Positions 41,401-48,884 of a DNA stretch of 48,884 nt are shown piece after piece. The DNA lies in the IMG/VR virus record IMGVR_UViG_2061766007_001136. One strand, written 5' to 3'. The DNA is from an uncultured virus (IMG/VR IMGVR_UViG_2061766007_001136). Lineage: Duplodnaviria; Heunggongvirae; Uroviricota; Caudoviricetes. The notes under the pieces were generated by a model. That model saw only the letters and a program-made list of their open reading frames with translations, had not been told where the DNA came from and ran no database searches. Position 1 is the stretch's first letter. Every line of letters starts with the position of its first letter. The translations under genes and the position numbers were made by a program.

Positions 41401-44400
41401 TCTCGTAGAACAAATCTTTTACGAGTTTTAGATAATGCTTTATCTGCTGTTAATAAAGATAATAAAACAGTAGTTAATAATAAACATGTTGCTGTATTTG
41501 ATGAAAAAACAGTAAAAGCTATTGTTAGATACATAGAAAAAGGTGATACAGGACATGTTTTAAATAACAGCATTGATTGTATAAAAGTAAATCCAGAACA
41601 AACTGAAAAGCTACAGTATATTAAAACTGAATTCAGAGGTTCTTTAGATGAGAAAACAGGAAGAATCAGAGACGATGGTCTAGTTCAATTAAAAACACCT
41701 AAATCTCGATCTTCTGCTCAACCTAGATGGGATAAACCTACAATTTATAGCTTATATAATACTGCTGTTAGAAACACTGGTGGAAAAGTACTTGCTAGTC
41801 CGTTTAGGGTTCTTGCAATGCAGGAACTTTCCAACTGTGCTTATCAGGTGGATACCGATGCCATAGAATTTTTAAATGAGGAAATTACTGATCCTAAAGA
41901 TCCTACCAAAAAGATAAAATTATGGGATACTGTTGGTAGACTTCATGGATGGCAAACTCAAGAAGATATAGATAAACTTAGTTATAGTGGTCAGCTAAGT
42001 GCTGAAGGTGTTAATGTCTCTATTCAAAATGATATAGCCTATATCAGAGATGCTTTAGCTACTCAGACTGACATGATTAAAGAAGGTACCTTTAAAGGTA
42101 TGTTCTTTGATTTCTTTCTTGCTAGAAACGGTCGTATAAACAATGCTTCTACCACCATTAACCAGCAAAGCAGTAAGTTAGCTCGATTTATGGTTCTCCC
42201 TAGAGGAGTTTGGAGAATATTTAATCCTAAAGATGAAAAACAAATAGCTTTTGAAAACTATGCTATTACTCAAGCTTTTGATCTTCAGGGTAGTGATAAA
42301 GAAGAACTCACTAAAAATGCCGAAAAGCTAAAAAGTTTTAGTAAAGAAAAATTACTTAGATTAAGATACTTACTTTGTACAAATACTACGGATCAATTTA
42401 AACAAGCTACAAAAGATGAATTCGATATTGAAATAGGTGTTGAGAATTTTGCTCAATGTCTTAATGCTTTATCTCATCTTCTTAAAAGAGTTGAAGCGAA
42501 TGGGGAATCTTTTACTACTTCGTTAGCAGTAGAAAATGACTCCACTACATCTGGCTATGCTAATAAAGCTCTTAATATGCCTTATGAAGAAACTTTAACT
42601 ACTACGGATAAAGGTGGACAATCTACTATTGCTAGTAAAGTAGGCATTCATATAATTCCTAAGGATAAAGTAGGTACAGTTACTCAAGCTACAATTACTG
42701 CACATGAGTCTAAAAAGTTTCTTCCCTCTGTTCTATTAGAAGATGCTGAAGCTAAAGTTAAAAATTTAGACATGTACAGAACTGTTGCTCTTGAAGTTTC
42801 TAACGAATTGTCTAAATGCGTTGATAAAGATGGTAATGTTACTAATGCTAAGAAACTTGGAGAAATCTTTGCTAAAAGCTTAGCACCATCCTTTGGTAAA
42901 CAAAGTGGTAGCATGGATAAAGCTATCAAAGAGTTAATTGATATTTTTAGAATNNNNNNNNNNNNNNNNNNNNNNNNNNNNNNNNNNNNNNNNNNNNCTG
43001 TTGAAGGTGAAGTCAGCACTGAGTTAAGAACTATGATGAAAGATCCTACAATGGTCTTTATCTATTCTGCTGGTGTTAACACTATGGCTAAAAATGTAGC
43101 TAATAAGATTATGGAAAATTTCTTAAGTACTTATGTAGCTGCAAAGNNNNNNNNNNNNNNNNACCGATAAAGATAAAGCATCTTACGATGCTATTATGAA
43201 AACTATTGATAAAATAGCTACTAACTTTGTACCTGATCAAAATAATCCTACTGAAACGTTTATAGAAGCTTTAAAAACTAGACCTTATTCTAGTATTCGA
43301 GTTAATCAGGCAGGAAGGCATATTACTTTAGATACATTATTTAATCGTCTTATCGGTTCTACCTATGGTCAACCTGCTGCTGAAACACTTAAAAACTTAT
43401 TTGAAAATTTTGTTAAAGCTAATGATGACTTCATTCAAATGACTTCTATGATGTTTGAATTATATAATGAGGTTTATACTGAAGAATTAGCTACTCTTAG
43501 AACTACTAAAGGTATTGTTACTAAAAATGAGATTAAAAGTGCTGCAGTCAGAGAAATGGAAGAACGCATATCTGATATGCTACCTTACATTACTCTTCCT
43601 GATAATATTCATCGTGCAGGTAAAGATAGCTCTAAGCTTCTTATGATAAAATCAGCGAAGAGCATGAACAAAACTAACAAAGCTCAGAACTATCTTTTAG
43701 ATAAAAACGGTCAACTTATACAAGGAACATCCGCTTATGGTGCTAGCAGAGTTCCTGATAGTCCCGGTAGGTCTGGTGCTGTTCTAGGTATTCATGGAAT
43801 AGATGGTCACATCATTTCTATGATTGCAGCTAAATACGCTAGAGAAGGTATTGCCGTAATTCATGATGCATATGTGTCTTCTGCTTTTGTACACGAAGAA
43901 ATTANNNNNNNNNNNNNNNNNNNNNNACTATAATCTCTATGGAAATGTTTTAGAAAACTTTAAACGTGTGTATGATAATTATATCGACTATAGAGTAAAC
44001 CAAGCTCTACAAGCTGATTTCAACCCTGATGCGTATCCTGACAAGCAAACTATGCGTGAAGCTAGAAGAAGATTTAAAGCTGAAGTTAGAGAAAGCATTG
44101 AATCAGCTTTGCGTGATAGAGCTGTAAAAGGTGGTAATAAAGAAACTATATATGTTACTAGAAACGTACCACTTACTTTAGGTACTCTTTTAGATAACTG
44201 CATAGAAGCTAATCAGAAAATATTAGAAGCTAAAGATTGGTTAAGTAAGCAATATTTCATGGTTACAAACATGGATTCTGCTAGACCTGAAGGTGCTGCT
44301 TTAATAACTCCTGATTCTGTATTTAGCTACGAACAATCATTTCATAATATTGTAAACGATGCTAGAAACTGGACTACTGCTGATATGCATGGTTCACATC

Positions 44401-47400
44401 CTGATGGATTCGTATCTTCAGGTATGCTTCACACGATCTATGAACAAGCTTTGAATGATACTGAAGCTAGAGTTCAAAGTTTAAATTATCTTAGAGAAGT
44501 AAGTAGAGCTAAAGGTGAAAGAAATGTAAGTGATGAACATTTTAGTTATCTGCAAGATATTATAAGATCGATAGCATACGATAAAAATATGAATACTATT
44601 TTAGAACTTGCAGATAACGGTTTATATACTGCTGGTCAGGTAGAAATAAGTAATAACTCTAGCAAGATTTCTATTGCTTTAGGGAGTAAAGATAACGGTA
44701 TTGTTTTAGATCCTATCACTGGGCTATCTGCTTGTTCCTACATGTCTCCAGTAGAAATTATAGCTCATGAAATGATGCACATAGCTAATGATTACGCTTT
44801 TAAACACCGTAATGACTTTAAAATAAATCATCTTATTAATAAGCTTCTTAGAAATAGAGAAGAAGCTGCTAAGATCATTACTCCTGAAGATTTTATGCCT
44901 CCTGAAGGTTCTTATGATAAATCTTTAGAGGATACTTATAAAAAGATTGCTGAAGATAGATGGCATTATTACTTTGATAACGATAATTCTGAAAATCTTG
45001 AAAGTCTAAATGAATACTGTGCTTTTATAGCAACTAACGAAGAAGTTAGAAACCGTCNNNNNNNNNNNNNNNNNNNNAAATACAAAAACCTTAGTTTCTT
45101 AGATAAGCTCATTAAAATAGCTAAAGATATTTATGATGTCGTATTTGGTCCTAAGACATTTAAAGAAGCATATAATCATGCCTATGAAGTTCTTAAAGGT
45201 AATGCTTCTATTAGACAGAGATCTTTACTAGAAGATTTTGATACTCTTACAGCTAAAATGCGTGCTATTCAGTTTAAAACTAGAAATAGACTTTTAGAGC
45301 ATCCTATGCGTTGGGTAGAGTGTCTGTTCAGTATTGCAGGACAAGCAATTCATTGGGGTGATAAACATTTACATGATTTACTATATAAAGCTTTTAACTA
45401 TTCAGATCTTCATGGTGGCCCTAGGTATGATCTCATAGAAAACATACCTTTATATGCAACTACTGGTCAGAAACTTAAACAATCTGCACAAATTGCTAAA
45501 TACTTCTTTACTAGTGGTGAACAAAGACGTTTAGCTAAGACTATTTTTACTGATACTATGAAGCTACATCAGCAAGGAATCTTTTTATCTACTATGAGAG
45601 ACTTCTTTGCTCCTGATGAAGATACTGCAATGCTTGAATCACTAGGTCTTAGACTTAGATCTGTTGATAGATCTTCTAAAGNNNNNNNNNNNNNNNNTGA
45701 ATTAAGAGAAGCCTTTGGTAAAGAGTTAAACGATTTTGAAAATACAGCTTTAACAAACTGTGCATTATACACAGATTTACAGTGCTGCATGGACTACGGA
45801 CTATCTACTATAAGGAAATGGTTAGCTGATAATGATGCTATTGATATAGAAATAGATAAACTTAAAAAATCTTTAGTAGGTGGCTATAATAAAAACCAAC
45901 TTAACTGGATTTACAATCAGATAAATAACTTAGCATCTTTTATGGTTTATCATGTTGGTAATCCTGGGATGAACTATAATGCAGAAAATATTGTTAAAGG
46001 TTTAGGCTATCAAGGTACTATTAAAATTAATGAAGATCATACAGATATTATTGATAAACTTATTACTCTTACAGCTTTAAGACATACTGATCAAAGGTAT
46101 AGAGATGTAGTCAATACTCTTAATNNNNNNNNNNNNNNNNNACTCATAAAAACTTTGTAAATGAGTCTAAAAACGGTATTAAGACTGACTATGAAGAAGG
46201 TAATGATACTAGGTATTCTTTCATGAATCCTAGTCATGTTATTAAAGGTTACACTAAACAGTTATTAGATCCTAACTTAGAGCTTCAGGTAGCTGTTACA
46301 GATCCTACAGATCCTAATAAGTTATACAACCAAGGATATAAACTTATTCAAAGCCTTAAACCTAATGCTGTAACTAATCGTTCTGGTGTAGGTCTTTATA
46401 CCCGCTTTGGACTTCCTCTTCATACAGATGGAGCTATTGTAAGTCTTCAAGGTTCAAAAACTCTTGGACAGTCTCTTCGTAAATTAGCTTGGCAAATGTC
46501 TGATCAGTATCCTGACGTTATTCCTGATTCTAGTAAACTATTTACTGTTTATCGTACAGAAGGTGATAAGCAATTTATTGCTATTAATAAGTTAATGGCG
46601 AATAAAGAACTTTCATTTGAAGATTGTGCTAAGCTTCATGAAAAATATTCAGGCTATATTCCTCAACCTAGCATTAGTGCTGATACTATGCCTTCTGACT
46701 ATAATATTACTGTACCTAGGGAATTGAAGCGTTCACAGCTAGGTTTAGATGAAAGAGCTTTAACTATTCTTAGTAAAATGTATGGTAGTGTTACTAGACA
46801 AGTTAATGGTACTTTAGCTAATAACGTATTATTACAATTCTTAAGACAACAGGAANNNNNNNNNNNNNNNNNNNNNNNNNNNNNNNNNNNNNNNNNNNNN
46901 NNNNNNNNNNNNNNNNNNNNNNNNNNNNNNNNNNNNNNNNNNNNNNNNNNNNNNNNNNNNNNNNNNNNNNNNNNNNNNNNNNNNNNNNNNNNNNNNNNNN
47001 NNNNNNNNNNNNNNNNNNNNNNNATTCCTAGTCATTGGCTTAAACGCTGTATTGCTTTAGCTGAAATGATTATGAAGACTGTTGCATATTACCGTAAGCA
47101 AAATATTGTTATTAGAATTCCTGGAGTACTTTTAGGTAATATTATTTCTAACANNNNNNNNNNNNNNNNNNNNNNNNNTTAAAAGTCTTCAAACATACTT
47201 TAGCTAATGCTCAAGCTATTAGAGACTATCTTGATACTAAAAAAGAACAAAATCGTATTCTTCTTAAACGTAGACTAGGTACTGCTACAGAAGCTGAAAT
47301 AGCTAAAGCTAACAGACTTCAAGATAGACTTAACAATAATATTGTAGCTCCTCTTATGAAGAAAGGCATGTACCNNNNNNNNNNNNNNNNNNNNNNNNNN

Positions 47401-48048
47401 NNNNNNTCCTGATGAGTTAGAATCTATTGGCCTTATCAATAAATTTGTTAAGAAAAATAAAGCTATGCAAAAGTTGCCTAATGCTCTTAAGTGGACTGCT
47501 AAGCAACTTTACATGACTGAAGGAACTCCTATCTATGATTTCATGTTTACTGCTACTCAGTATTCAGATTTTATAGCTAGAGCTACNNNNNNNNNNNNNN
47601 NNNNNNNNNAGTACCTACTGAATATAACGATGCTGTTAAAGAAGGTACTCTTCAGCTTAACAAAAAGACTAAAAAGCTTGAAACTAAAGAAGAATTTACA
47701 AAGAGACGTGAACGTGAAATATCTACAGCTATTACTAATGCTTTTATTAACTACGATAAACCACAGTCTCAAGCTGAACAGTATCTTAACGATTTAGGTG
47801 TATTAATGTTTACTAAATTTGCTAAGCGTATTCAGCATGTCATAGGCAGACAGTTATACCATAAGCCTGTTTCAGCTATTTTATTCTTACTGTCTCAACA
47901 TTTCTTAGTGGATACAGAAGATATTTTAGAACAGAACGTGTTTAGCAAGCACTGGTCAGCATTAGTTCATAATCCTATAGAGAACTTTTTAAATACTGTA
48001 GTGCCTATGCCTATACAGTTCATTTTTGGAGACCAGAAGGTCTTGTAG
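35462..48048 (+). CDS. giant virion-encapsidated RNA polymerase (N4 gp50-like), ~4,200 codons, fragmented only by N gaps
   Basis: Single-subunit RNAP motifs ARNGRI, VENDSTTSG (D 42538), R-TMM-K-DPTMVFI-Y (43027-43065), IHGIDG and VIHDA (43865); N4-like C-terminus QYSDF, FINY, YL.DLG; all breaks coincide with gaps. Confidence 0.85.
39126..39225. repeat. dispersed periodic element 7 (strong-gyrase-site-like), inside the vRNAP gene
   Basis: GC-rich island in an AT-rich gene: CTAA 39134, CTGA 39143, CTGG 39152 / TCAG 39190, TCAA 39202, CAG 39211. Confidence 0.5.
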
Positions 48049-48091
48049 GAAGGGAGAGCGATTAGTAGGATAATTAGGCAGGATTGATGAT

Positions 48092-48137
48092 AAAAATAGC
48101 CCCTAGAGACCGCTCCAGATCTCTAGGGGCTTTGTTT
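48092..48137. terminator. bidirectional terminator ending the late module
   Basis: AAAAAT-AGCCCCTAGAGA...TCTCTAGGGGCT-TTGTTT. Confidence 0.75.
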
Positions 48138-48224
48138 GGCACATCCGTCAAGGACACCTACTACTCTGTGTTAAGGGTTGTGCCATGCTTCGGGAGAGGA
48201 CTGTCATCACTCAGCCCTGCACCC

Positions 48225-48315
48225 GAAATAAGGAGCCTAGGAGCCTTTCTGAGGCACTTCTAGGCAGAGAATGATAAATCATAAGGGGAACCTTCAGAAA
48301 TGTCTTAGAATGGAT
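48225..48315. repeat. dispersed periodic element 8 (strong-gyrase-site-like)
   Basis: CTAG 48237, CTGA 48249, CTAG 48260; core ATGATAAATCATAAGGGG at 48271-48288; TCAG 48294, TTAG 48305. Confidence 0.6.
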
Positions 48316-48353
48316 NNNNNNNNNNNNNNNNNNNNNNNNNNNNNNAAAATACT

Positions 48354-48884
48354 GGGCTGGAGAGGCAGTGGGAAGGCTTCTCCAGCCCTTTTACCGATCT
48401 ATGGAGTTTCTTATGGAAACTGCTGGTTCCGTTGCACCTAGTCCTGCTAGAAGTCAGTGCAGGGGTCTACACGGTTTCCTGGTAGCGGAAACTGAAAGGG
48501 ACGGAAGCCCTTGCATCTTCCGTCCCTAGGGGCAGTGGAGGGACTGCCCCGAACCACAGGAGGTTCATGCACCCGTTGTACACCTGTCTCAAGAGGAAAA
48601 ACACGACGCAAAACCTCTAGAGCCTACACGGTATGCTGGTAGCAGAATTTCCATGGTTTCTCCGACACCATGTAAACGGGACTACTCGCACTTCCTACGT
48701 CTAGGAGGCTTTCATGCTCGAAGAATGGCTATCCCGCATGGAGTTGCACCATGTCTAAGCCTTTCGTCCAAGTCTAAGCTTGTCCATAATACTACTTAGC
48801 TCCTCTGTCTGCAGTAAACGGGATAATGAAATTTGAAGGAGGTTTCTGCGAACTCCTCCACAAACGCAGCAGAGTAACCTAGGA
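48354..48884. ncRNA. candidate structured non-coding RNA array (continues beyond window)
   Basis: No ORF of 60 aa or more; more than 10 hairpins; repeated motifs at ~140-157-nt spacing. Confidence 0.5.

Noticed and set aside
35462..48048. Fragmented ORFs suggesting pseudogenisation, frameshifting or stop-codon recoding
   Set aside because: Every break coincides with an N gap, and the frames resume without stops. TAG acts as a normal stop in many intact genes.
48400..48760. Small plus-strand ORFs of 14-38 aa after GGAG motifs; tRNA or tmRNA genes
   Set aside because: The peptides look non-coding and one has poor SD spacing. No TTCGA T-arm with a CCA end or convincing cloverleaf was found on either strand.

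Overview
About 49 kb of a lytic dsDNA phage genome from the N4-like (Schitoviridae-related) radiation. It is a scaffolded metagenomic assembly: many N gaps break reading frames, and some short haplotype fragments are misplaced. Bases 1-3.85 kb hold small minus-strand early-type genes, many of them membrane proteins. A divergent intergenic region at ~3.9-4.3 kb probably contains the physical genome end. The plus strand from 4.3 to 48.0 kb is the late module in N4 gene order: gp69-like protein, large terminase, fibre/amidase cluster, head-tail adaptor, lysis genes, portal, gp58/gp57-like proteins, major capsid, gp55/54/53/52-like proteins, NlpC/P60 and other ejection-type proteins, and a ~4,200-codon virion RNA polymerase. 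The capsid gene is interrupted by a group IA intron encoding a NUMOD4-HNH endonuclease. Highlights: (1) eight dispersed ~120-bp elements with 10-11-bp-periodic arms around a related core, resembling strong gyrase sites and often embedded in coding sequence; (2) a >500-nt tandem array of structured non-coding units at the right end; (3) a polyvalent vRNAP carrying a thermonuclease-like domain and two zincin HExxH domains; (4) paired N-/C-terminal motifs shared among fibre proteins. All family assignments come from motif recognition and synteny; no database searches were run.
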